From the NCBI RefSeq assembly GCF_963921235.1, contig NC_086107.1, positions 97,838,001 to 97,902,000 on the forward strand: a stretch of DNA of 64,000 bases, read 5' to 3'. Shown here one piece after another: positions 36,364-49,194 of the stretch. The notes under the pieces are model-generated. The model was not told the origin of the DNA and did no database searches. It worked only from the letters and a program-made list of their open reading frames with translations. Every line of letters begins with the position of its first letter. The stretch's first letter is position 1. Position numbers and translations under genes: made by a program. The stretch is from Mobula hypostoma (taxonomy: Eukaryota).

Positions 36364-38652
36364 CTCTACATTGTCCAGGATGCACAGGAATAATTACAGA
36401 GGAAAATGGCAAGCAAGCCAGAAAAGTAGACCATTCTGCGATGCCCCCAAGTGGAGCAAGTGTCCATTATGAGCGGCCTACGTTCAGATGGTTGGTTGGA
36501 GAGTAATGGAGTGTTTTCGAACAGTGGGGATATTCTTGAATAGTAAGCAGCTTGGAGGAAAGTCTGTATCCTGGTTTGATTCATTCAGACATCGGGGTGA
36601 TGGCTGCGCCAGTGCAAGCCACAGAGAAGGTGGAAAGTGAGAAGCTCAGCTATAATGAGCTCTTTTCCACCTAACCAAGTGACATTGTTGCAGTGGAGAA
36701 GATTACACGAGACTCAACCCTCAAACCTGATCACCATTCAGTATGACCATGGCTAGATTCTTATTCTTTCTTAAGCTCATCAACACTACCAGCAGCTCAT
36801 CAGAATCCTCAAACCTGGACCAGTCTTTCAAGTTTCTTGGTGTCCTTCCTCTCCCAGGGATGAGTTCTTTCAGACTTCTGTTGGTATTTCTGTGGATTTT
36901 TACAGGATGAGGTTGCTAGCCCCATACCCAACCTTTCTCCTTTCACATCTGGGCTTGGACCATCCATGGCAGAGTTCTAGATTCTTCTAATAGCTTCATA
37001 TTGCCCTCAACTCCCCTATATTTCTAAAACTCCGCTCCTTATTAAATATCTGGGTGGTGGAGTGGAGATGCATCTCTACTGAAGGAGTGGTGACGTGCTC
37101 GTTCCCCCCACTAGCCGGCAGATCACCCTTGGGTGAGGTGTAGCAGCTGCTTACCGCCCCCCCCTCCCGATCAGGGTCACATCAAGCCATGGGATCAGGT
37201 GGTGGATGGTCACATGAGCAGCTGATGCATATCACGTCTTGGTTATGCGATCACTGACACTGGGCAGACAATCTCTGAAAAGTATTGATAATGGCTGGGG
37301 TCACCCACCTTGTAAAGACACTGTTCAGAAGGAGACAATGGAAAACCACTTTTGTAGAATTGGCCAAAAACAGTCATGGTCAAGGTAAATGACACAGCAC
37401 ATAATGAATGAGTGAATTAAATACCTCTATTGATGTAGCCTTCTCAACCCTCTATGTTAGAGGTTCACCACCTTCTTCAAGAAGGAATTCCTGTTTGCCT
37501 CATTGTCCTTCCCTTGAGACCCTCCCACCATCTCAATGTCTATCTGTCTTGCTCATTCAGACCTTAAGTTTCAATAAAGTTACTCTTCCTTTTCTAAATG
37601 ACAAAGTATAGAATGACAGAGCAGACTCACTGGGCCAACTGGTCTAATTCTGCTCCAACATCTTATGGTTATAATACAGATCTGACTTTTTAAGTCATTC
37701 ATGATAAGTCAACCCTTCCATCTCAGGAATTAGCCCAGTGAATGGCCTCTGGACAGCTACCAGGACAACACAGCCCACTTGATTGACACAACATCAACTG
37801 TCTAAACAGTCATTCCCTCTGTCACCGGCATATGGATGCCTCAGTGTGCACCATCTACAACAGGCACTGCTGTTACTCACCCAGATCCTGTCAAACGTAT
37901 GACTTCTCTCACCAAGAAGGAAAAGGGCAGTAGATGGCTGTGAACACCACCGCACTCTGTCATGCATCATTCTGCTTTGGAAATTTATCACTATTCCTCC
38001 ATTGTCACTGGTTTAGAATCCTGATAATAACAAAAAGATTACCTTAGCTTGGGGATTTCTCAACAGTAATTATGCACAGGCTGTAAATTTCAGAGTTCTT
38101 GTCAATTTCCAAACCCAAAAAATTTTGAAAGAAAAACCTAAAGGAAAGACAGCTAAACAAAGGCCTATCGTTGACTCGATGGAGCAAACAGTTTTCTCTA
38201 ATGCAATTACAATGTCATAGTCCTACCCTTAAACAGCAGTAGGAAGGCGTGGAAGACCCCAGTAAGAGATGGTATAAGAAGCTGGTGTGTACTTGCAGAA
38301 TGCAGAATTTAGGCAACCAAAATTTAGATTGAGCTAAATAGATTAGATTTTGAATGAAATGTGATGTTCAGGATGACCTTCTGCAACAAGATGACCAAAA
38401 CTAGCAAGAAACAAGTAATCTTATTTTAGTAATGGGCCAGATTTAGCTAACAGTCTTTAAAAGAGTGAACAATTATCTAATACCCATTATAATACCATTG
38501 TGTGCAATGGAAGGGGAATTGGAAGGTGACCCTAAGATTTTATATTTGGTTAAAGTTGTCCCTGATATTCTGAGAGTATCTTAGAGTGGATAAAAACAGA
38601 GTGTATTGATGAAGGTAAAAGGATTAACCATGATGTAGAATATTTTGTACAA

Positions 38653-39203
38653 AGAACATAGAACAGTACAGCACAGGAACTGGCCCTTCAGCCCACAGTG
38701 TTGTGCTGGCTAAAGTAAATTTTAAAAACCCAAAAACTAATCCCTCCTACCTATACAACATCCATATCCCTCCATCTTCCACACATTCATGTACCTCGCT
38801 GAACATCTCTTAAAAGCCTCTAATGTATTTGCCTCTACCACTGTACCAGGCAGCACATTCCAGGCATCCACCACTCTCTGAGTAAAACACTTACCCCTCA
38901 CATCCCCCTTGAACCTACCCCCTCTCATTTTCAATGCATGCCCTTTGGTATTAGACATTTCAACCCTGGGAAACAGATACTCTCTGTCCACTCTATCTAT
39001 GCCTCTCATAATCTTATAAATCTCTATCAGATCTCCTCTCAGCCTCTGGTGCTCCAGAGAAAACAACCGAAGTTTATCCAGCCTCTCGTGATAGCACATG
39101 CCCTCTAAACCAGGCAGCATCCTGGTAAACCTCTTCTGCATCCTCTCCAAAGCCTCAACATCCTTCCTATAGTGGGGCGAACAGAACTGTATGCAATATT
39201 CAA
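38653..39203 (-). mobile_element. CR1 LINE 3' fragment with an intact C-terminal frame
   Basis: ORF 38737-39150(-) reads ERMQKRFTRMLPGLEG..YHERLDKLRLFSLE..RLRGDLIEIYKIMRG. Confidence 0.92.
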
Positions 39204-39340
39204 AGTATCCTCAAAGATAAGGGACATTCTAAAGTCCCTTATCTTTGTACAATATCACAATGGCTAGTGCCAAGAAAGGAACAAAGAACATTTTTTAAAA
39301 AAGGCAAAAATTGAGTGGAAACAGTGGAAATAAAATTGCA

Positions 39341-39746
39341 TATGTAAACAAAGTCTTAGGCACATATAAAAAAATTCTGTAAAGCAAAAATGCTTTCAAT
39401 GGTAATGAAGTGAAAAATTTGTAAATATCAAAAAAAATACTATAAAGAGCAGTAAGCTAAATCAAATCAAATATTTGGTGTGACCACTCTTTGCCTTTAA
39501 AACTGTATCAATTCTCAAAGGTACACCGTTGTGAAGTTTTGTAAGAAAATCAGCTGTTAGATGTTTCCTAGCATCTTGGAGAACTTGCCACAGTTCTTCT
39601 GCAAACTTTGGCTGTCTCGCTTGCTTCTGTCTCTCCAGGTGATCCCAGACAGCCTCGATGATGTTGCGGCCAGGGCTCTGTGGAGGTCACACCATCAGAA
39701 ACCATATAAAAAATCTAGGGTGCCTGAGACTTCTGCTCAGTACTGT
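39341..39746 (-). mobile_element. Internally deleted Tc1 transposon
   Basis: The minus strand from about 39695 to 39471 reads MV*PPQSPGRNIIEAVWDHL...VLKAKSGHTKY (Tc1 WPPQSPDLN.IE motif and C-terminus); the ends match the cagtactgtgcaaaagtcttaggcac TIR family. Confidence 0.85.
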
Positions 39747-41034
39747 ATAAGAGAAAATTAAAGATGAAGGAGAAATATGACCTATTTTGAAATAAATAAT
39801 GATGATTTTGTAAATTAATATAAGAAAATTGCTGGATATGTTGAATTGTTACTTTGGGTCAGTATTTACAATTGAGGGAAAGGACAACCTCTGGCCATCC
39901 CAAGAAATCTACTACTAAATGGAACACAGGAACTCGACAAAATTAATGAGTGCAAAATATTTTCAGGAAATCATAAGTCCATAATTAAAGATAGAGTGAT
40001 AGATGAGAATGTTTACATGATTAGGGCGAGCCCAGATGAAATTTAATAGCATCATGCAGAGCAAAGAGAGAGGGAAATGTAAATGGATATTGTTATGTGG
40101 ACCTTTAGAAGGTGTTTTATAAAGCAATTCACTAGAGGCATAACTAAATTTGTAGCTCTTGGAATTGAAGTACAATATTAAGTTGGTTAGAAAACTTGTT
40201 CAATATTGAGCAAGTATCAGTGACTGCATCATTCCTCATGACTATTTGGTCTCAGCAGTGAGAATAGATCTAGTTCCATCTACCATACCTGGTAACCTTT
40301 ACAATTTGCATTGTTTTACAAACTTGAGTATTACTCCAGACTCACAAATCTCCACAGCTGGGGAAATTTCTCCGAAGTATTCTATACTGCTATCTGCTAT
40401 TGCTTGCATGGTGGGGCGGGTTGTGGTGCATCGGCTGGTGCAAGTGGGGGAGGAGTGATTCTTCTGTTGCTGCTTGTGCTTGGGAGGGGGAAGGTGGGCA
40501 TTGGGGTTCTGAAGTTACTGTCTTTCATTCTTTGGGATTCCTTGTTTTGCGGATGTCTCTGTGAAGAGTAAGAATTTCAGGATGTATACCACATACGTTC
40601 TCTGATATTAAATTGAACCATTTGATTTGAGCCAGTTATACCGTAGGTCAAATGCGGAGCATTCCTGGGTGTGTCAGCTCAGCCAGGATGTGTGCACAGC
40701 AGTGTTTGATAAAGGTGTGAGTTAATGTTGGATGTCTTATCTTTTAAATAATTATTTTAGGTAAGGTTAGATATACCAAGCCACGTGAGCGCCCGCTGTG
40801 CTGTTTGAAGTTGCTCAGGGAGTTTATCAGTATTCTGAACATCACTCCTCTCTGAAGGTACATTAAAACACACGAGTTGGTCATTCGTACAGTTGTCATT
40901 CCTTTGCTTTTGCTGCATAGATTTACTCACATATTTGTGCATCTGAAATGCAGCCACACCTGTACCTGGTGAGATGCCTGGAGTAGGCACTAAGGTGCTT
41001 TATAAATTTAAAATTTATTGCTCTTTTTTTTTAG

Positions 41035-41130
41035 GAAGAGGAACTCATCCAGTCAGAAAATTCAGCTTCCATCTTCAACACTTTGTCAGACATCCCGTCG
41101 CAGATCGAAGATGCCGAATCTCTCATAAAG
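41035..41130 (+). CDS. SGSM3: SGSM3 coding exon G (96 nt, phase 0-0): [32 protein letters not shown]
   Basis: Poly-T acceptor ending in tag, and a weak donor AAG|gtccag; the peptide continues in frame into exon H. Confidence 0.9.
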
Positions 41131-41211
41131 GTCCAGTGCCGTTCAAAACTTATCATCAGGTCCAGACAAGGTGGCTCAGGCCACCAAGCCTGCTCTTGGG
41201 CTTGCAAAGTA

Positions 41212-41537
41212 CAGTGCTGCTAGAAAGTTTGTAAAACCTGTAGAACTTTCTCTATTTCTGCATAAGTATGACTTAAAGTGTGATAAGATCTTCATGCAAG
41301 TCCTAAAACTAGATAAGGAGAACCCAATTAAATAAATAACACACACAAGCAGCAGCAGACGCATCGATCCCCCCACCCCCACTTGCACTACACCCCCCCC
41401 CCACATGCAAACAATAGCAAATAGCAGTATGGAATATTTTAGAGAAATTACCCAAGCTACGGAGACTTTTGAATCTAGAGTATTACTCAGGTTTGTAAAG
41501 CAATACTACAGGGTTCACAAACTCTCTAGCACCACTG
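41212..41537. mobile_element. Tc1/mariner-type non-autonomous element carrying an inverted copy of nearby DNA
   Basis: 32-bp TIRs at 41212-41243 and 41506-41537 (28/32 match); TA on the left flank, CA on the right. Confidence 0.8.
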
Positions 41538-42429
41538 CATTTATTGGGTAGTGGACCAGACTGTAACACAGAGTGTGATGGAGGAGTCAGCTTGTGCTCT
41601 GTTATTGTTGTTTCACGGCCAGGCAGCAATTGACAGCTGAGAAAAGTGACGAACAGCCAGTCAACAATAAACTACCAATAATATAATTTGTAGTGAGCTC
41701 CTGATAATTAACAAATGTCCTCCAAGAGGACCACAGCCTTGTTGTAGGGTTTGGAGGCTTGCGTGCCTCAATGACCCGGAGAGCTGAGTTGGCTGGAGTC
41801 AGGGCTTTATGCTTTGGCTCGTGATAGGGTCACCCAAACCAAACAGGTCAAAGTGTAGAGGTCAGACTAAGAGTGGTCCACTGGTCCTCCAGGTTTTGGG
41901 GGTTCAGCTCAGGGTTAACAACCCTAACTGGTTAAAAAGATTTGTTAAGGAAAGAGCAATGAAGAATCCTTCCACACCCGTGTGCAACGATATGGACAGA
42001 CAGAGATTGGAGGACCTAAACGCCAGCGACGTAATGGGCAAATGAATGAATCAATTGACAAATGTGATGAGAAGTCGTTCACTGACAAAGAGCCAGCTGC
42101 AGAACGTGCAGTAAGTAAGTCAGTAATAATTAACTCGAGCACTGTGTCCGATCATCAGTTTAACACTGTGTGTGACGGGTGAGTCAGTTACTAGTGAAGG
42201 ACCAACAATATATTCCATTAAAATAATACCCCTTTATCGGAACAGTGCTCACAGAAGAAGACACCAAACCAGGATGAGGGAAGGATTACTTGTTTATGAC
42301 AGCTTAGAAGGAGGCTGTTAGATACTTTGCTCAGTTGTTTGGGTTAATCCAGGGATGTGCACAGACCACATCAAACCCACTTGAGATTACTTTCCAGCGT
42401 GACTGGAGACTCCAGTGTAGCTGCAAGGG

Positions 42430-45400
42430 CTGAGTCGATGGGTAACGCACAGAGAATAATAAGTATTCCGCTTTGGATACTGTTGGGGGTGGGACAGTCT
42501 ACCGGGGGGAGCCACAGTGACCGGGTCTCTGGCACTGAGTCTGCCTCCGTGGCTCAGAAGGGGAGCGGGGGGGAGAAACAGAGTACAGTAGTGATAGGGG
42601 GTTCCATAATTAGAGGAGCAGAAAGCAGATTCTGTGGATGTGAAAGAGACACCCAAATGGCATGTTGTTCCCCAGGGTCAGGGTCAGAGATGTCTCGGAT
42701 CGGGTCCACTACATTCTAAACGGACAGGGTGAACAGCCGGAAGTCATGGTATATATTGGTAGGAAAAGGGAGGAGGTCCTGAAGAGTGAATAAAGGGAGT
42801 TAAGCAGAAAGCTGAAAAGCAAGACCTCGAGGGTAGTAGTCTCTGGATCACTGCCCTTGCCATGTGCCAGTGAGGGTAAGAACAGGATGATCTGGCAGAT
42901 GAATGCATGGCTGAAGAATTGGGGCAGGGTTTCAAATTTCTGGATCATTGGAAACTCTTCTGAGGAAGAGATAAGCTGTACAAAAAGTACGTGTTACACC
43001 TGAACCCGAGGGGTACCAATAACCTTGGGGGCAGGTTTGCTAGAGCCTTTGTGGGGAATTTAAACTAATTTGGCAGGGGGGTGGGAACCAGAGTGATGGG
43101 GCTGTGGATGGGGCAGTTAGCAGATGCAGAGTGTAGTGAGACTGTGAGGAAGGACAGGCAGATGATAGGGCAAAATTTCAGTCAGTGGGACGAGTTAAAG
43201 TATAACCAGGGGCCAAAATCAAAAGGGTGATGAATACAGGACTGAAGGTGTTATATTTGCATGCAGTATACGGAATAAGGTAAATGATCAGTTAGAGGTT
43301 GGCGGGTGTGATACTTAGAAAGAGGTGACATAGGATTAGAAGATGTAGAATCTTTGTGGGTAGAGTTAAGAAACTGCAAGAGTAAAAAGACCCTATTATA
43401 CAGGCCTTAGAACAATAGACAGGATGTGACTACAAACTGCAATGGGAGATAGAAGAGGCATGTTAAAAGGACAATGTTGCGATTATCATGGGGGGATTTC
43501 AATATGCAGGTACATTGGGAAAATTGGTTGGTGCTGGATCCTAAGACAGGGAATTTGTAGAATGCCTATGAGATGGCTTTTTAGAGTAGCTTGTGTTTCT
43601 GCCCACTAAGGAAAACAGCAATTCTGGATTGGGTGTTATGAAATGACCCAAATTTGATTATGGAGCTTAAGGTAAAGGAACCCTTAGGAGGTGGTAATCA
43701 TAATATGATAGAATTCATCCTGCATTTTGAGATGGAGAAGCTACAATTGGATGTATCAGTATTACAGTGGAGTAAAGGGAATTACAGAGGCATGAGAGAG
43801 GAGCTGGCCGAAGTTGATTTGAAGGGAACACCTGCAGGGATGATACTGAACAGCTGGCTGGTGTTTTTGGAGGAAATTCAGAAGGCACGGGAAAGATACC
43901 TCCCAAAGATGAAGAAGAATTCTATAGGAACAATGAGGCAACCATGGCTAACAAGGAAGTCAAAGACAGCATACAAGCAAAAGAGAAAGCATATAATATA
44001 GCAAAAAACAGGGAAGGTAGAGGATTGAGAAGTTTTTCAAAAACGACAGACGGCAACTAAAAAGGCTATTAGGAGAGAAAATATGAATTAGGAAGGTAAG
44101 CTAGCCAATAATATAAAAAAGTTTTTCCAGATATATAAAGAGTAAAAGAGACGAGAATGGATATCGGACTGCTGGAAAATGATGCTGGAGAGCTAATAAT
44201 GGTGGACAAAGAAATGGCAGACAAACTGAATACACAGATTCACTGTGGAAGGCACTAGTGGAATGCCAAAAATGCAAGAGTGTCGGGGGGCAGTGAGTGT
44301 GGTTGCTATTACTAAGGAGAAGGTGCTTCGGGAGCTGAAAGGTCTGAAGGTAGTTAAGTCACCTGGACCAGATGGACTACACCCCAGGGTTCTGGAGGCA
44401 GTGGTAATGATCTTTCTAGAATCACTAGATTCTGGAATGGTTCCCAAGGACTGGAAAATTGTCACTTCATTCTTTAAGAAGGGAAGGAAGCAGAAGAAAA
44501 ATTATGGATCAGTTAGCCTGACTTCAGTGGTTGGAAAGATGTTAGAGTCTTTTATTAAGGAATAAGGTTTTGGAGTACGTTGGATGTCAAAGTTAGCATG
44601 GTTTTCTAAAGGGGAAATCTTGCCTTACGAATCTGTTGGAAATCGTTAATGAAATAATAAGCAGGATAGACAAAGGAAGTCAGTGGGTGTTGTTTATTTG
44701 GATTTTCAGAAGGTGTTTCACAAAGTGCTGCTCATTAGGCTGCTTAACAAGATAAGAGACATAGTATTACAGGAAAAATCAGTAATAGCATGGATAGAGA
44801 TTGGCTGGCTGGCAGGAGGCAGAGGGCGGGAATAAAGGGAGCCAAACGACTTAGACAGATTGGGGAAATAGGCAAAGAAGTGGCAGATGGAGTATAGTGT
44901 TGGGAAGTGCATGGTTGTGCACTTTGGCAGAAGTATTAAAGGTGTGGACTATTTTCTAAATGGGGAGAATATTCAAAAATCAGAAATTCAAAGGGACTTG
45001 GGAGTACTCATGTAGGATTCCCTAAAAGTTAACTTGCAAATTAAGCTGGTAGTGAGGAAGTCAAATGCAGTATTAATGTTAATTTTGAGAGGACTGGAAT
45101 ACAAGAGCAAGAATGTAATTCTGAGGCTTTATGAGACATTGGTCAGACCGCACTTGGAGTATTGTGAGCAATTTTGAGCTCCTTATAGTCATAGTCATAC
45201 TTTATTGATCCCAGGGGGAAACTGGTTAATCTAAGAAATGATGTGCTAATGTGCTGGGACATTTTGAATTAAGGAGGAGGGAGTTTTGTGTCTTTTGAAA
45301 AGCGTGAAGGTGGATAAGTCCCCAGGGCCTAATGGCATATACCGCAGAATATTGAAAGAAGCAAGTGAGGAGGTTACTGGGGCTTTGACAAAGATCTTTC

Positions 45401-46995
45401 ATGTCCTCACAGCAACAGGCCAGGTCCCAGAGGACTGAAGAGTAACAAACATTATGCCTTTGCTCAAGAAGGCAAATTGGGATAATCCAGGTAATTACAG
45501 GCCAGTGAGCCACCTGTCAGTGCCTTACAAGACGCAATGACCATGACTTGGATGAAAATGTAGATGGGTGGATCGGCAAGTTTGTGAATGACACTGAGAT
45601 TGCTGGGGTTGTGAACAGTGTAAAGGACCATTAAAAAATAGAGTGGGATACAGGTCATATACAGATGGGGCAGACAAGTGTCAGAACGTAATGTTCAGAG
45701 ATTCACTCATTGATTATTTAAAGCTCTGTATGATTCAGAAGTAAAAACAATACGTAAATTACAATATAATCAACCATTAAGGGTAGAGTGCATCAGTAAT
45801 AGATTACTTAGAGCATGTGTTTTGCACATGTAGGAAGAACTAAATAATTAAAGCAATAAAGGAGAAGTAGATCATTAATAAATAACTTGAAACTTTTATA
45901 TAGAATTAATGTTGCTGCAAAGTACATTATTGTGAATATGGAGAGGGGGACCAGTAAATGCTAACTTGAAACAGTCATTAGACAGAAGGAAGCTGATAAT
46001 AAAGTCAAAGTTGAGTTTATTGTCATAACCACAAGTACATGTCGAAGTCAAAGTAAATTTATGACCAAAGTACATATATGTCACACGTACAACCCTGAGA
46101 TTCATTTTCTTGTGGGCATCCTCAATAAATCATTAATAGAATAATAACCATAAGAGAATTGATGAAAAACCGCAGGAACTTGGGCGTTCACCCAGTGTGC
46201 TAAAGACGAGAGGCCGTGCACAAGTCTTGTGAAAAACATAACTTTCAGCAGCATCACAAGATAAACAAATTATAGACAGCTTTTATTAAAAAAAAGAACG
46301 CAGAACAAAGAAACAAGTCCATTTTAGTGCAAGGTGATAATAGGAGAACTAAATCTGTCATTGATCTGTCAGTAGTTTTAGGTCCCTTATTTAAGAAAGG
46401 ATGTAATGTTGAGGCTTTATAAGGCACTGGCAAGGCCTCACCTGGGGTATTGTGAGCAGTTTTGGGCCCCTTATCTCAGAAAGGATGTGCTGACAGTGGA
46501 AAGGGTTCAAAGGAGGTTCATAAGAATGATTTCTGAGAATGAAACGCTTGTCATATGAGGAGCGTTTGATGGCTCTGGGCCTTTACTTGTTGGAATTAAT
46601 AAGAATGAGGAGGGATCTCATTGAAACCTATCAAAAGTTGTAAGGCCTAGATAGAGTAGATGTGGGGAGGATGTTTCCTATAGGGGGGGAGTCTAGGATC
46701 AAGGGGCACAACCTCAGAATGGAGGGTCCTCCATTTAGAATGGAGATGAGGAAGAATTTCTTTAGCCAGAGGGTGGAGAATCTGTGGAATTCCTTGCCAC
46801 AAGCAGCTGTGGGAGCCAAGTCACCAGGTATATTTAAGACGGAGGTTGATAGGTTCATGATTAGTCAGGGCGTGAAATATTACAGAGAGAGGGCAGGAGA
46901 CTGGGGTTGAGAGGGAAATGGATCAGCCATGATGAAATGGTGAAGTAGACTTGATGGGCCAAATGGCCTAATTCAGCACCAATGTCTTGTGGTCT
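42430..46995 (+). mobile_element. Long degenerate CR1 LINE (ORF1 esterase region, endonuclease, RT, 3' end), interrupted at about 45230-46380 by other CR1 and Rex fragments
   Basis: VVIGGSIIRG (GDS-type esterase motif of CR1 ORF1), EPLGGGNHNMIEF, KSPGPDGLHPRVL and FFSQRVENLWNSLP. Confidence 0.9.
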
Positions 46996-47829
46996 TGGAT
47001 CTCTTAAAGCACAGCATGTTACGCAGATAGAAGAAAGCTGCCGATTTCTCATCACCTTGATGGTTAAGTAAGTCTAGATCTGTATTCAGTACAGTTCTCC
47101 AAATATGATAAATTGCTAAAAATACTGTTGGGCAATGTGAGCCAGTCACCTGGAGCTATCTTCATTCATATGCATGGTTAATTTGGCTTTAGAGAATGTT
47201 CAAGTGGACTCAGAAATGTTTGGGAACTTCCAGATGGAAAAAGTCAGTTTATTCAGCAGCAACAACCTCACTGTGGTCACCCTAGTGTGCACAGAACCTC
47301 TCCAGCAATGGTTATAACCTCACCACTGAAAGGGTCCTCGACCTGTGAGTACGCGCGGCAGCAGGTGATGAGGTTGACATATTGAGGGGCGGGGAGGGAG
47401 TCTATACTCACTGGAAGTTTAGAAGTAGAAGTGGTCTTGCAGAAGCGGGCAAGATTCCAAGAGTGCCAATGAGAAGGTGCTTCTTCGAGATTGGACAAGG
47501 GGCATGATTTCAGAATCAGGGGCCACCCGTTTAAGACAGGGTGCCTGTCACATAACGTCATGATAAATCATTGTTCCCTATAGTTGTAGGGAATGGATAG
47601 GAAGGTAGAGCTGAGGTCCAAATTACATCAGCAGTGGCCTTGTCAACCATAGGTGCGGGCTTGGTGAGTGGGGGGTAGCCCACTCTCTACTCCCTACTGC
47701 CGACTGTCTGTGTGCTCTGCCCTCTCTATAGCCCAGTCCAGACCATTTTAAACACGACCTGAGATGACTTTATCAGCTGGCCTCCCAGTTGCAGATTTGT
47801 GCATTAAACAACTGATCATTTCTCTTCAG

Positions 47830-47961
47830 GAGTCGATGAAGATTGCTGGGTCACTGACAGACGTGATGATTGAAGCACAGAGGAGCAAACATCTGGCCTA
47901 TTTGATAGCGGAGCAGGGCCAGCTGAACAACTCCCAGTCGCCACTGCCAAACTTCAACAAG
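47830..47961 (+). CDS. SGSM3: SGSM3 coding exon H (132 nt, phase 0-0): ESMKIAGSLTDVMIEAQRSKHLAYLIAEQGQLNNSQSPLPNFNK
   Basis: Acceptor ttctcttcag, donor AAG|gtgagc; AGSLTDV..E.QR.KHLAYLIA motif. Confidence 0.94.
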
Positions 47962-48545
47962 GTGAGCGACCAGGCAGCACTCTCTGTCTGGGATGCTGGT
48001 AGCAGAAAGGGTGTGATGGTCCTTCCACAAGAGCATGAGGGTAAAACAGTCAAGCTCTGCAGGTGTGGTGTGAGAGGTCAGGGGGACTGAGGGAGCCCAA
48101 GCAACATGCAGGTGTAGGGTGGAGAAAATTGGGGGGGGGGGTTCAGAGTTGTAGAAGGGACAGGGAGCAATTGTGGCACAAGGGGTACGGCATAGGATCA
48201 GGGAATCCAGTAGAAAAGGTGCAGGAACTGAGAATGGGTGGGTGCGGGGGAGTGATGTGAGAGTAAGGGGTCTGTGGCTTTTGAGTGACTGGGTCCAGAA
48301 ATGCTCGTGGTGTTAGTGTGGCTGCGCTCTGTGAAGACCGGCTGGGTATGATCTGGGAACTGGGTACAAGCCTCAGTTCGGAGCGAGGTAGTGTTTGTGT
48401 TGATGCCGTGGCCAGTCCACTGGCCTTGTTCAGGAGGCTCTTAAGCCTCCAGGAGATGTTTCTGCAAAGATGCCAGGGGCTGAGCTCTGGCTTTGTTGCT
48501 TTCGTGTTTTACCATGGCCTGTCACTCCTTTGTCTTCATTTCCAG

Positions 48546-48600
48546 ATAGTTCGACGACAGTCCCAGCGCAGGAAGTCCGGCCTGGGAGCTCTGCTCTTCG
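48546..48600 (+). CDS. SGSM3: SGSM3 coding exon I (55 nt, phase 0-1): IVRRQSQRRKSGLGALLF
   Basis: Acceptor cattttccag, donor G|gtaagt; resembles VVRRRTQRRKS.ITALLFG. Confidence 0.92.
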
Positions 48601-49194
48601 GTAAGTTTATTTTCTGCTGTTCTGAGACGCGCACTTGCATTTTCCTGAATCTCAGTGTGAAAGGAGGACTAATTCTATGCAAAAGCAATCTACTCATCCT
48701 CTCCTTCCCCCCTCCCCAACCCCACTCTCCCCACAGCCAGCAACAACTCTCCTCTGCAGACACAAATCGCTTTTAAACACTTTCAAACACTTTTAAATTG
48801 CTTTTAATTGAATCCATCTCCCCCTGGCAATGCGTTTCAGACCCCCAACCAATAAGTGGGGTGGGGGGAGGTAAAAAAAAACTTAGTCCTGTCATTCTTG
48901 GTTCTTCACTTGCCTTCATTCTGTGCCCCCTCTTTCTTCCCCCTTCAGCCAATGGGAGCAGATACCCTTGATATATACCTGTATCAGATCCCCTCGCAAC
49001 CTCCTCTGTTTGTAACGATCTGCAGACTCAGGGCTCATTAGTAGAAATTAACAAGGAATATCTATTCAGAGAATAATGCAAGGAACAATCAAACTAAGAG
49101 CTCATTTACTGGGGACTTGAGCACACAGAACAGTGGGTCACCCAGAACTCGAATCCAGAATTCAGCCATGAGTACTGGTCCAGAATAATCTTAA

